A DNA stretch of 64,000 nt from a virus, in the IMG/VR virus record IMGVR_UViG_3300008262_000149, positions 6,309-70,308 of that record; one strand, 5' to 3'. A program made the position numbers and the translations under genes. The notes below the pieces were generated by a model. It was not told the DNA's origin and ran no database searches. It saw only the letters and a program-made list of their open reading frames with translations. This document shows, in pieces, positions 9,422 to 17,708 of the stretch. Each line of letters begins with the position of its first letter. Positions within the stretch are counted from its first letter, which is position 1.

Positions 9422-10303
9422 TTAGTCGTTGTGTTTAATCGAGAGGTACTTTGCTCCACCATCCCAAGGCATGAACGGAATATCAGTATATTCAATTGTA
9501 CTGGATTCCTCGAATTGGGGAACAAATACATCTCGAATGTATTTATCATTATCGATGCCAAAAATTTCGTTGGAATATGCAATAAGCCAGTTCTTTGTTC
9601 CACCGATTTTTGTCATGATTTCATCACGAAGTTCGATTGGCATTTCGGTAAATGACCAAGTACCAATCATAAGATCCGCATCATGCAGATCATTCACATC
9701 AGATGTGTGCACGATGTTGGTATAACCCAACTGATCATGATACCACTTCTGAATTGCACCGACCTCAGGGAAATCGTAGATAATGTACTTACCCTTGAAG
9801 CCGAGCTTGTAGACGATATCAGCCATGTCGCCGATACCACCGCCAAGTTCTACAATCGTATCCAGCTTAGACAGTGATTCCGGATCCCATCCATTAATCA
9901 ATAGATGAGCCAGGTGCTGCACACGATTCATTGTTGTTGTAAAGTCTTCGAACAGGTTATAGATACCACGATCCTGTTCGGTGATTCCGATTTCCGGATC
10001 CTCGAGAGCATAGCGAACCTTGGCATTCTCCTTCCACTGCAGAACTACAGCGAAGTAATCAAGGAACCGTGCTCGAGTCATAAAAGGAACTGACATCACC
10101 GATGCCCAAACCTTGAAGCGTTCCTTCGGAAGCTTTTCAAAGTCCTCGGCAAAGACTTCTCGCATTGTGTTCCAGTAGTTGCCGTCGTTGACCTGCTTTG
10201 CAGACATCATCTTTTCGAATGTTTCACGAGAAGATGCCAGAGGAGCTGGGGCAGTCATTGCCGGATCGGCCGGCTTTGTAGTGTAACGAAAATAATCAGT
10301 CAT
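9422..10303 (-). CDS. class I SAM-dependent methyltransferase (likely small-molecule or sugar O-methyltransferase)
   Basis: Motif I VELGGGIGDMADI; no DPPY/NPPY, so unlikely to be a DNA N6-methyltransferase; start ATG overlaps the gp59 stop (TGATG). Confidence 0.55.
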   Translation of the reverse strand: MTDYFRYTTKPADPAMTAPAPLASSRETFEKMMSAKQVNDGNYWNTMREVFAEDFEKLPKERFKVWASVMSVPFMTRARFLDYFAVVLQWKENAKVRYALEDPEIGITEQDRGIYNLFEDFTTTMNRVQHLAHLLINGWDPESLSKLDTIVELGGGIGDMADIVYKLGFKGKYIIYDFPEVGAIQKWYHDQLGYTNIVHTSDVNDLHDADLMIGTWSFTEMPIELRDEIMTKIGGTKNWLIAYSNEIFGIDNDKYIRDVFVPQFEESSTIEYTDIPFMPWDGGAKYLSIKHND

Positions 10304-10893
10304 CAATCACCCGCAAATTTGTCTTTCAATATCTTGCGACACTTAAACATGTCATAATGAAAGAATGGTTTGTACTTACATAACTTTTTATATATGCTCG
10401 GCCAAAGAATACTATCATCAATCTTCTTATTCCAGTGTCCAAAGAAACCAAGAATATCGTTTAGGATAATAATAGTCTCGATCGAGATCTCTCTACGTAA
10501 GTATTGCTTTAGTAGATATGGATGTTGTCCATTCTTTACAATAACATTATCGTCAAAATTTGTACACAGTTTATTTAAGTCTTGCTCAAAAATATAAGTC
10601 AAAGACTGTTGCCTCTTCAGCCAATCTGCGTATACCTGTTCGGACTTATCATCGAACAGATCGCCGATCCACTTTAGATCACCATCAACAAAGTTGGCAA
10701 CCAGGTACTGCAGTGGATTCTTATGCTTGGAGAGTCTATAGAACTGGTACTTGTCCTTGCGCGTCTCAAAACTCGATGCACTGGCAGTCACCTTACCATT
10801 GTATTTTACGTAGTCATAGTTGTCTGTGGTGAAGTGGCTTTTGACAGCAAGGAAAGTCTTGTAGGACTCAAATGGCGTCATTCTTCGATCCAC
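10303..10893 (-). CDS. gp59: gp59 helicase loader protein
   Basis: N-terminal YKTFLAVKSHFTTDNYDYVKYNGKV matches the T4 gp59 pattern YKLYLMIKQHMNGKYDVIKYN; position next to gene 32 as in T4. Confidence 0.7.
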   Translation of the reverse strand: MDRRMTPFESYKTFLAVKSHFTTDNYDYVKYNGKVTASASSFETRKDKYQFYRLSKHKNPLQYLVANFVDGDLKWIGDLFDDKSEQVYADWLKRQQSLTYIFEQDLNKLCTNFDDNVIVKNGQHPYLLKQYLRREISIETIIILNDILGFFGHWNKKIDDSILWPSIYKKLCKYKPFFHYDMFKCRKILKDKFAGD

Positions 10894-11063
10894 TCATCAT
10901 TTTCATCAGTATAGCCAAACTTTCGAAGAAGCTCAAATCCACCTACATCATCTCCTTCAAGAGTTCTATAGAGTGCGTATGCCAACTGGTCAGTCTGATC
11001 GCCGAGTTTAGAGACAAACTGTAGAGATGTCTCTACCATTCTCATGTATGGATCATCTTTCAT
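10878..11063 (-). CDS. small hypothetical protein (gp33-like position)
   Basis: 61 aa acidic; positional analogy to T4 gene 33 only. Confidence 0.2.
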   Translation of the reverse strand: MKDDPYMRMVETSLQFVSKLGDQTDQLAYALYRTLEGDDVGGFELLRKFGYTDENDEWIEE

Positions 11064-11311
11064 ACTGGCAACCTCGCAGACTTAGGAAGGTAGTTGAGAT
11101 CTTCGGCAGCTGCCTGAATCTTCGAACGGATCTTAATATTATTCTTGATGATAGAAGCAGCTGCTTCGATCTCAATGTTATTCTTTTCACAAAGGTGGAC
11201 GACGGCATCCATATAGTCTAGATTATACTTTGCCACCAATCTTTCAATTTCCCTAATAAACTTATCGTTTGACATAGTCTTTTGCAGAATAACGTCGTCC
11301 ACCATAATCAA
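11060..11311 (-). CDS. DsbA-like dsDNA-binding / late transcription accessory protein (putative)
   Basis: 83 aa; NIKIRSKIQAAAEDLN resembles the T4 DsbA region; positional analogy (59-33-dsbA). Confidence 0.3.
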   Translation of the reverse strand: MIMVDDVILQKTMSNDKFIREIERLVAKYNLDYMDAVVHLCEKNNIEIEAAASIIKNNIKIRSKIQAAAEDLNYLPKSARLPV

Positions 11312-11890
11312 TTATCCTCGATAAAAAATGTGAGCACCAATTTTAGCAGTGCGATCAAAAACTCTACCCCATGACGGACTTACATAGTCGGCATGATAGA
11401 ACTTTGCACCTCTTGTTACGTCTCCGTAATTTCCTAGGTACACATGTTCAGCGATTTCTTTGGCCTTGCGATACGCGGCCCAATCGCCAATTCGCTTTCC
11501 TCCCTCACACTTCCATGAAAACTGGCATACGCCTCTGGCCTTTTGATTAATGACCGCACATGGTGTTTTTGGGAATCGCTTGTCTTTTACGCGGTTCAAC
11601 ACGACGTTGTTCACCGCAATTCTACCTTTATAGGGTTCATGGCCTGCTTCAAAATATGTATTCTCGGCCATGCATTGGATTTGTTGTTTATCGTAAGCAC
11701 TGAGGTAAACAGGCTTCTTTACGATCTTTTCCTTTTCTATTACTTGAACTTCGGGAACCTTAATCACCTTGACCTCTGGTTCTTTCTGAGGAGTTGCAAG
11801 AGCTACACCAGTAACTGCAATAACACCTAGAAAAAAACCTTCGCCCCAACGTAGATAAGGAAAGTCCTTTCTGTTTTCGAATAGTTTCAT
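11312..11890 (-). CDS. SleB-like cell wall hydrolase with N-terminal membrane anchor (candidate endolysin)
   Basis: 192 aa; Hydrolase_2/SleB-like motifs (CMAENTYFEA...AVNNVVLNRV...CQFSWKCEG); hydrophobic N-terminal helix. Confidence 0.65.
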   Translation of the reverse strand: MKLFENRKDFPYLRWGEGFFLGVIAVTGVALATPQKEPEVKVIKVPEVQVIEKEKIVKKPVYLSAYDKQQIQCMAENTYFEAGHEPYKGRIAVNNVVLNRVKDKRFPKTPCAVINQKARGVCQFSWKCEGGKRIGDWAAYRKAKEIAEHVYLGNYGDVTRGAKFYHADYVSPSWGRVFDRTAKIGAHIFYRG

Positions 11891-12104
11891 TGTATCCTCT
11901 AATCTTAAATGATCCTGGCAACCAGAGACTGCTTCGAAGGCATCTCAGCCTAACAGTTTGTCCGTCGCTATGAGAAGATACAAAATGAAATAACGAAGGT
12001 ATCTTCCATCCATTTCCCTCTTACTGGAAATGCAAAATCATTATGGTTTCGTCGGTAGTATCTTAAAGATACTGCTTTCTAGCCCTAAGACTTGAAGCTT
12101 TTGT

Positions 12105-12452
12105 AAGAGTCAATGGAGGTGTCAACCTCCGTCGCGATATAATATTTATACCATTAAGTTGCCGGATTCTGTTTCGAGGCTCCGGCGGGCCCAATGCTAG
12201 CCTCAAGCGGCTAGAGCAAAGGCAACGTCATTATCGTTTGCGTTTACGTTTAGTGGCAACTTTGCCAAGCAATCAGTCTCGAACCGCCTTATTCTGCGTG
12301 CATCGATTCCCAGTAACACCCCCATCAACTACACTGCCCGTAACGTCCGCGGTCTATATCTTGTCAATTCAAGACCACAGTGTAGATGGTGGAGGTGGGG
12401 GGATTCGAACCCCCGTCTACTCCGCTTTTATTGTTGATTGTCAACAACTGAT
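12105..12452 (-). ncRNA. ssrA: circularly permuted (two-piece) tmRNA gene, ssrA
   Basis: Minus strand reads acceptor piece ...GGGGGTTCGAATCCCCC-CACCTCC-A-CCA (T-arm 12414-12398, 3' acceptor strand 12397-12391, discriminator A, encoded CCA 12389-12387). A 63-nt intervening hairpin follows. The coding piece starts GGGGGTG (12323-12317, G3:U70 pair) UUACUGGGAAUCGAUG, similar to the E. coli tmRNA 5' end. Tag frame GCA AAC GAT AAT GAC GTT GCC TTT GCT CTA GCC GCT TGA (12241-12203) encodes ANDNDVAFALAA, with the stop codon in the loop of helix CUAGCC-GCUUGA-GGCUAG. The 3' boundary is approximate. Confidence 0.7.
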
Positions 12453-12458
12453 AATCTA

Positions 12459-12487
12459 TATATACATCAATTTGTTTTTAATGTACA
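12459..12487 (-). promoter_or_regulatory. early promoter (TGTACA-N17-TATATA) upstream of the tmRNA precursor
   Basis: Member of the repeated AACTGTGTACA-N17-TAnnnT family; predicted start about 12450. Confidence 0.45.
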
Positions 12488-12490
12488 CAG

Positions 12491-12928
12491 TTATTTGCAC
12501 CAAGATTGCTTTGCATCACCAAAATATTCACGAGCAAAGCCATTTGCAATCAGTTGAGCACGAAGACTCTTGCCATCAAGCATCATATCGCCAAGAATAC
12601 GGCCGCCATATTTGTCCCAATCGTACACGACATATTGGACTTTCTTTGCCTTTGCTACTAGATCCTTTGTAAAGGCGCTAGCCGCCTGTCCCTTTGCGTC
12701 TTCTGCTGGACATTGGGCACGATGGCCTTTTTCTGGAGTATCCACGCCATAGATGCGAACTGAAATCACAGGCTTAATTGGAGCAGGAACCCATGGCGCT
12801 TCAACCTGCACAGTGTCACCATCAGCAATCTTAATTACCTTGGCGTCATATGTAACACCAACTGGAGTCTTTTGTGCAGTAACTGGAACAGCTAGCGCAA
12901 AAAACGCCAGGGCAATAAACTTCTTCAT
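12491..12928 (-). CDS. secreted thermonuclease (staphylococcal nuclease-like)
   Basis: Signal peptide MKKFIALAFFALAVPVTA; motifs IADGDTVQV and VRIYGVDTPEKG; AAGGA ribosome-binding site before MKKF. Confidence 0.65.
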   Translation of the reverse strand: MKKFIALAFFALAVPVTAQKTPVGVTYDAKVIKIADGDTVQVEAPWVPAPIKPVISVRIYGVDTPEKGHRAQCPAEDAKGQAASAFTKDLVAKAKKVQYVVYDWDKYGGRILGDMMLDGKSLRAQLIANGFAREYFGDAKQSWCK

Positions 12929-12936
12929 GGATATCC

Positions 12937-13263
12937 TTAATTGCAGCGAGTCTGCCAGTAGATATAACGCTCGCCACGATACCATTCAGTTACCTGTTCA
13001 CGAACGCAATAACGGCGATCGTAGCGGTTATCAGGCGGATAGTAGCGATTGTCGTATTCTCGATCATGACGATCTTCAGAAGCAATGGCACCTACAACGA
13101 TTCCACCGATAATTGCTCCACAGAGCCATCCACAACCACCACGGTCTCTACGACGTTCATGCTGACTATAGTCTCTGTCTCTACTGCGATCGCGATGATC
13201 AGCAAGAGCTGGAGTGGTGATTAGCATGCTAGCTACGAGGGCTGATGCAATAAGCTTCTTCAT
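12937..13263 (-). CDS. secreted glycine-zipper protein (17 kDa surface antigen-like), RDR-rich
   Basis: Signal peptide MKKLIASALVASMLITTPALA; motif GGCGWLCGAIIGGIVVGAIA. Confidence 0.4.
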   Translation of the reverse strand: MKKLIASALVASMLITTPALADHRDRSRDRDYSQHERRRDRGGCGWLCGAIIGGIVVGAIASEDRHDREYDNRYYPPDNRYDRRYCVREQVTEWYRGERYIYWQTRCN

Positions 13264-13264
13264 A

Positions 13265-13447
13265 TTAGAACCTTTCATCAATTTCGGCAAACATCACGCG
13301 TTTTCGTGGATCACCTGGCGTGATACACCGGGTGAGTCTAAGAGCTTCATTATAATTCTTCGTATGAAACTTCACCGGAAAGAGAATCTCTTCATCCTCG
13401 GTTTCCAGAAGCATGCCTACGAAGTAAGTACCATTTTCTTCTTGCAT
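13265..13447 (-). CDS. hypothetical protein
   Basis: 60-aa ORF. Confidence 0.25.
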   Translation of the reverse strand: MQEENGTYFVGMLLETEDEEILFPVKFHTKNYNEALRLTRCITPGDPRKRVMFAEIDERF

Positions 13448-13451
13448 GCAA

Positions 13452-13817
13452 TTATTTATTCGCAGTAGATTTTACCTTTACATAACTAATCGTGTCGTAA
13501 CCCTTGTATTCTCCAGCCCATTGACTGCGAGGACGTTCTTTGAAACCAATCTTATCGAAATTATCTTCGAAAAACTTAGCAGCGATCCCACTAAGCTCAT
13601 ATTCGTTTTCAGCCTGTAGCTGAAATGAGTCTGAGCGCCATTCCTTATTAAAGGTGACCTTATAAGTCTTAAGCCTCTTCGCTCTCTTGGCCTCGTTCTT
13701 GATCATCTCCTTGGTACTGCCCTTACGGTTATTCAGGATCTGATTGAACCGATGTTCAGCAACAGATGCAAGAGGTCCCCAGGATTCTGGGGACCGGTTC
13801 TTAATATCAAACAGCAT
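13452..13817 (-). CDS. hypothetical protein
   Basis: GGAG ribosome-binding site; start ATG overlaps the C-terminal codons of the upstream DUF932 gene. Confidence 0.4.
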   Translation of the reverse strand: MLFDIKNRSPESWGPLASVAEHRFNQILNNRKGSTKEMIKNEAKRAKRLKTYKVTFNKEWRSDSFQLQAENEYELSGIAAKFFEDNFDKIGFKERPRSQWAGEYKGYDTISYVKVKSTANK

Positions 13818-14754
13818 CGGCAAACTCCACTGCAGTCTCGAGAGCCTTAGTCTTGAGGTTCTTGTTAGCACCGTACCAAGCCGAGGCAAGACGCGTATCA
13901 GCGCTGCGACCGATCATGTGGTCGGTCATGAAGGTAACGGCGTTGAACGCCTGCCACCAGCTGCCTTCAGCAAACTCAGCGCCGGGCTGCTGATCCATGA
14001 TCTCGAGAGCAATTTCAGCGTTCTTGCTGAGTTCCTTCTTAGAACCAGAAACCGGGAAAATGCGAGTGAAGTAGTCAACAATCGACTCGTCGTTATAACG
14101 CTTTGAACCGAGGTAAGCAGCCATTTCCTTGTACTTGGCAAGCTTTTCCTTGGCAACACCAAGAGTTTCCTTGACCAGCTCAGCATCAAACTCACGACGG
14201 TGGCTGACCTTGACGATCTTGCTCGACTGAGTATTTAGCGACAGAGTCAGAGTGTTGTTGCAAACCACACGGATCGGGGTGAAGCGAACGTCGATCGACC
14301 AGCCATACTTGTGCGGATTCGTGAAGAGGAGGTAGGATTCAACGGTATCACCATTGAACAGCTCGAAGCTTTCCTTGACCTTCGCAAGGGCCCAGACAAG
14401 CTGGCCGTCGCGAAGCGAACCAGCAGTGTGCATTTCCATTTCACCGGCAGCAACGAAGTCGTTGAAGAACTCGAAAGCCTTTTCATTCTGGTTCGGAATC
14501 CAGTCATTCGTGATCACGTCGAGAACCTTATTGTCGACGTCACGAACCAGAGCCGAGCGGCCGATGTCGACCTGCTTACCACCGATTTCGGCAAAGGCAG
14601 GAATCGGAGTGACGGTCCAGTCAAGACCAGCAGCCTTGAGCATCTGATCCGGAGTCACATCGGCCGGAACCTGAGTGCCGAGGCCATGCCACGGGGTTTC
14701 ACCAGCATAAGCCATCGAAGCCTTGCCATCGAGGAATTCAATCATATGTGCCAT
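13807..14754 (-). CDS. DUF932 (phage/plasmid-related TIGR03299-like) protein
   Basis: N-terminus MAHMIEF...MAYAGETPWHGLG is typical of the DUF932 family. Confidence 0.5.
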   Translation of the reverse strand: MAHMIEFLDGKASMAYAGETPWHGLGTQVPADVTPDQMLKAAGLDWTVTPIPAFAEIGGKQVDIGRSALVRDVDNKVLDVITNDWIPNQNEKAFEFFNDFVAAGEMEMHTAGSLRDGQLVWALAKVKESFELFNGDTVESYLLFTNPHKYGWSIDVRFTPIRVVCNNTLTLSLNTQSSKIVKVSHRREFDAELVKETLGVAKEKLAKYKEMAAYLGSKRYNDESIVDYFTRIFPVSGSKKELSKNAEIALEIMDQQPGAEFAEGSWWQAFNAVTFMTDHMIGRSADTRLASAWYGANKNLKTKALETAVEFADAV

Positions 14755-14779
14755 AATATAGTTTCCTTTTCAATTCAGA

Positions 14780-14947
14780 TTACATGGATTCAGCAAGATC
14801 TGCCGCCGAGTAACGACGGTCAAAATCGATTAGCCAGTCGCGTTCAGCAGACGGAGGACCAAAGAGGATCGCACCGGTTTCAGACTGATCGATGTTGTTA
14901 GCAGCCAGCCAGTTGCGATATTCGTTGAGAAGTTCGTTGGTAGTCAT
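14780..14947 (-). CDS. small hypothetical protein
   Basis: MTTNELLNEYRNWLAANNIDQ...; GGAGATTATCATG ribosome-binding site; early promoter upstream. Confidence 0.3.
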   Translation of the reverse strand: MTTNELLNEYRNWLAANNIDQSETGAILFGPPSAERDWLIDFDRRYSAADLAESM

Positions 14948-14971
14948 GATAATCTCCGTTTTGATATTCTC

Positions 14972-15000
14972 AGTATAGTCTATTTTCGAAATAATGTACA
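14972..15000 (-). promoter_or_regulatory. early promoter TGTACA-N17-TATACT
   Basis: repeated promoter family. Confidence 0.45.
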
Positions 15001-15008
15001 CAACTTTT

Positions 15009-15110
15009 TTAAAAAAATTATGCGGGGAGAGTTTGCTGAACTTCCCACATGGTGCAGATGAGGAACACAAAGGCACCGAAAGCGAGCGAGTAAAGAATGT
15101 CAGTCCGAGT
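15009..15110 (-). CDS. small membrane peptide
   Basis: About 33 aa, MTRTDILYSLAFGAFVFLICTMWEVQQTLPA; shares its 31-nt leader (GTGAATAATAACGAATGGAGATGAACATGAC) with the gene at 58399..58698. Confidence 0.3.
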
Positions 15111-15136
15111 CATGTTCATCTCCATTCGTTATTATT

Positions 15137-15165
15137 CACTCTACGATATTTTCGAAATTATGTAC
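15137..15165 (-). promoter_or_regulatory. early promoter TGTACA-N17-TAGAGT
   Basis: repeated promoter family. Confidence 0.45.
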
Positions 15166-15364
15166 ACAGTTATTTTCAAAAAAACGCATTAATATGCATT
15201 TAGGCCATGAGAAAATTCAAAACCGATCTCTTCAAGAGCTTCTGGACTTGCTGTCTCAAAGAACTCTTCAGGATAACCGATGCAGTCCTCGGCTGGTGCA
15301 GCGAATACCCTGTGTCCGATCTGGACAATCACAAGACCGCTAGCAACGCTGTACTCTACGTGGT

Positions 15365-15568
15365 TCATGCCTTCTCCATATATTCAACCATGCGTTCGAT
15401 GATCTTCTCAAAGTCATCATCCGGATGCAATGCATCATCTACACAAATATCATTGTAGAGGTCGGTCATAGTATCACGGATCTCTACGCCATAAGCGCCA
15501 CAGATGGCTTCATAGATATAGGCGTGAGGATCATCCTGAGCAAGGATATATTCATACAACCGAGTCAT
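15365..15568 (-). CDS. hypothetical acidic protein
   Basis: 67 aa. Confidence 0.3.
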   Translation of the reverse strand: MTRLYEYILAQDDPHAYIYEAICGAYGVEIRDTMTDLYNDICVDDALHPDDDFEKIIERMVEYMEKA

Positions 15569-15750
15569 TACACTTCCTCCACAAAACCATGCGCCGCAGC
15601 ATGATATTCCACGAGCTCTCGAGCTTCAGGAACACGAGAAATAATATCCTCCATCATACTCTCGAGGTATCCGAGTTTAAACGCAATATTAGCCGATTCA
15701 GAAGCTCCAAGTTCCTTAGCAATGTGATCGATAAGCTTTGCAATATACAT
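15568..15750 (-). CDS. hypothetical protein
   Basis: 60 aa; ATGA overlap with the downstream gene. Confidence 0.3.
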   Translation of the reverse strand: MYIAKLIDHIAKELGASESANIAFKLGYLESMMEDIISRVPEARELVEYHAAAHGFVEEV

Positions 15751-15780
15751 TCTTACATCTCCATCATAAGTTCATGAGCA

Positions 15781-16044
15781 TCATGCTCGGCAGCAGCATT
15801 GTAGTTGGTGCAGTCGCGGAAGATCACCGGTGATCTTCATCATCTCAAGCGCAGTTTCGGCGAGACGAACAATCGAATGCTTCGTCGGCGACTTTTCGTT
15901 GTAGTACTCGATGTAGATCCAGTCGATCAGGTCACCGGCGGCATTCCAGTCCTTCATGATCTTGACGACCTCACCGCGGATGGTACCAGCGGCCGATTCG
16001 TAGCGGACGCGATCGCCGATGAGGATGGTCTTAGGAGCAGTCAT
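15781..16044 (-). CDS. hypothetical protein
   Basis: Start MTAPKTILIGDRVRYE with AAGGA ribosome-binding site; early promoter upstream. Confidence 0.35.
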   Translation of the reverse strand: MTAPKTILIGDRVRYESAAGTIRGEVVKIMKDWNAAGDLIDWIYIEYYNEKSPTKHSIVRLAETALEMMKITGDLPRLHQLQCCCRA

Positions 16045-16075
16045 GATCAATTCCTTTTTCACTGTTGATATAATC

Positions 16076-16104
16076 ATTCTACAGTATTTTGGATATTATG
16101 TACA
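16076..16104 (-). promoter_or_regulatory. early promoter TGTACA-N17-TAGAAT
   Basis: repeated promoter family. Confidence 0.45.
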
Positions 16105-16120
16105 CAGTTATTTTGAAAAA

Positions 16121-16306
16121 TTAGAGATAATTTTCGGTTTTAAATTGGAGGAGAATTTCGGGAGTGGTGAAAGTGATGGTGATAGTAGGAAGATTGTTGT
16201 TAGGATTGTTGGTATAGTTGATGTTGGTGATGTGGGGATAGTAAGGAGTGAGAGTGGTGAAAATGTTGTGGTTATAGTCGAAATCGAAGGTGATAGTGTT
16301 GGACAT
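16121..16306 (-). CDS. hypothetical protein
   Basis: Strong ribosome-binding site TAAGGAGAAAAAACATG. Confidence 0.4.
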   Translation of the reverse strand: MSNTITFDFDYNHNIFTTLTPYYPHITNINYTNNPNNNLPTITITFTTPEILLQFKTENYL

Positions 16307-16332
16307 GTTTTTTCTCCTTAGCTTACTTTACC

Positions 16333-16361
16333 ACCCTACATAGTTTTCAAAATTTTGTACA
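16333..16361 (-). promoter_or_regulatory. early promoter TGTACA-N17-TAGGGT
   Basis: repeated promoter family. Confidence 0.45.
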
Positions 16362-16362
16362 T

Positions 16363-16398
16363 AAAAAAACGCACTCCAGAAATCCAGAGTGCGTTTTA
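16363..16398. terminator. bidirectional intrinsic terminator
   Basis: AAAAAAACGCACTC-CAGAAATCCA-GAGTGCGTTTT hairpin with flanking A-run and T-run. Confidence 0.5.
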
Positions 16399-16419
16399 GT
16401 TTTCAATGTAAAGAATGAC

Positions 16420-16965
16420 TTAGTATGCTGTGTCGAAAAAGAACGTCTGGAACAATCTACCGTCTTCGAAAGTAGATCCAAAATAATCTACAGATGCGTG
16501 GAACAGATTGCCACGGTAGAGAATGATCCTGTTATAGACGTTGCCAATCCGATCTATCTCTTCCCACTTGGTATAGTCATATGCCTCGTAGTCTGAGTCT
16601 ACCTTTTCTCGGTTTCCTGTGGCCTTGTGACGATATAAGGCTGTACCACCACTTGCTGGTGCATTCGGCGTAAGATAGCATACACCAGCCCATGTATTGA
16701 AGCTATCAGCATGGATCCAGGTTCTATCCTGCGCCGTACACAACTGGAACGCACCGGTGTACCCAGACTCTTCATGCCAATTTGTCACTGGTCCTGCAGC
16801 TGCAACCAAATGACTAATGGCATTTTTGATAGAGTCGTTCAGCATCGGAGCCGTTCTTACACCAGGATAGTTTCCTTTGAAGTTAAAAGGAAGGTTCAAA
16901 GCCATGGCTCGAACGGCATCAGGATCGTCGTAGAAGTTTTCGGCAATGACTAGATTGAGTTTCAT
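16420..16965 (-). CDS. 2OG-Fe(II) oxygenase-like protein
   Basis: HxD (TWIHAD) and distal His (NLFHAS) arrangement. Confidence 0.35.
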   Translation of the reverse strand: MKLNLVIAENFYDDPDAVRAMALNLPFNFKGNYPGVRTAPMLNDSIKNAISHLVAAAGPVTNWHEESGYTGAFQLCTAQDRTWIHADSFNTWAGVCYLTPNAPASGGTALYRHKATGNREKVDSDYEAYDYTKWEEIDRIGNVYNRIILYRGNLFHASVDYFGSTFEDGRLFQTFFFDTAY

Positions 16966-17708
16966 GCATACAACCTATGATACGATTTAACAAGGTCTGC
17001 AGCTTTTTCGATGTAGTTCGATGGCCGCTCGACAAAGACCTGAGCATCTATTTCATCGTCAACACCGATCATGATTACGATATCCTTGGCTGAGATACCA
17101 GTCATTTCCCAGAGCATATATGCGTACAGACTTGCCTGTAGGAAGTATCCTTCAATCCAATCCTTCCTCTTACGCTTGGTTGATGTCTTATAGTCAATAA
17201 TCGAAAGCCGTCCATCGTAGTTAGCAATCAAATCGCATGTACCAGCAATCTTAAGATGATGACTAAAGAGTGTGCATTCAGTAGCACGGATCATATCAAC
17301 CTTTTCGTCAAGGACCATTTTGAGTTGACGAAACATAAACATGTTGTACGGCATAGAGGTATCAACCTCCTCGCCAAGAATGTACTTTTCACACATTGTA
17401 TGGATGTTAGTACCGCGTGAAGCAGCTCGAGCCGAAACTCGAGCTGCTTCTTCCTCCCCAACTCTTTTTTTCCATTCGTTGAGTGCAGTCTTATCAGTCA
17501 TCTTACCAAGTACGGTAGTTACTGATGGATAGCGTTCTCCTGTCGGAGTCTCATAAAGCCGAGTTTCACCATCAATACGATTAAGTTGAGCGAACTCAAT
17601 CAGATCGTGTTGAAAGTCTTTACGGTTGTAGTCCAAGCTTCTGGCGAGCAATGATGTATTCCTTACAATTATCACCATGCCAGCGTTTGAAATTGCTGGC
17701 ATCGACAT
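16962..17708 (-). CDS. PD-(D/E)xK nuclease (Cas4/RecB-like exonuclease fold)
   Basis: ETPTGERYPSVTTVL ... SIIDYKTS motif; exact start uncertain because it overlaps the homing endonuclease gene. Confidence 0.45.
   Translation of the reverse strand: MSMPAISNAGMVIIVRNTSLLARSLDYNRKDFQHDLIEFAQLNRIDGETRLYETPTGERYPSVTTVLGKMTDKTALNEWKKRVGEEEAARVSARAASRGTNIHTMCEKYILGEEVDTSMPYNMFMFRQLKMVLDEKVDMIRATECTLFSHHLKIAGTCDLIANYDGRLSIIDYKTSTKRKRKDWIEGYFLQASLYAYMLWEMTGISAKDIVIMIGVDDEIDAQVFVERPSNYIEKAADLVKSYHRLYA

Noticed and set aside
12142-12149. TATAAATA late-promoter match on the minus strand
   Set aside because: It falls inside the tmRNA coding piece and is about 250 nt from the next gene, so it is probably coincidental, although it could in principle give late transcription of the SleB hydrolase gene.
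12386-12460. A canonical tRNA gene suggested by the GGTTCGAATCC T-loop and encoded CCA
   Set aside because: No complementary 5' acceptor strand lies 65-90 nt upstream on the minus strand. The element is better explained as the acceptor piece of a permuted tmRNA, whose 5' acceptor strand GGGGGTG lies downstream at 12323-12317.
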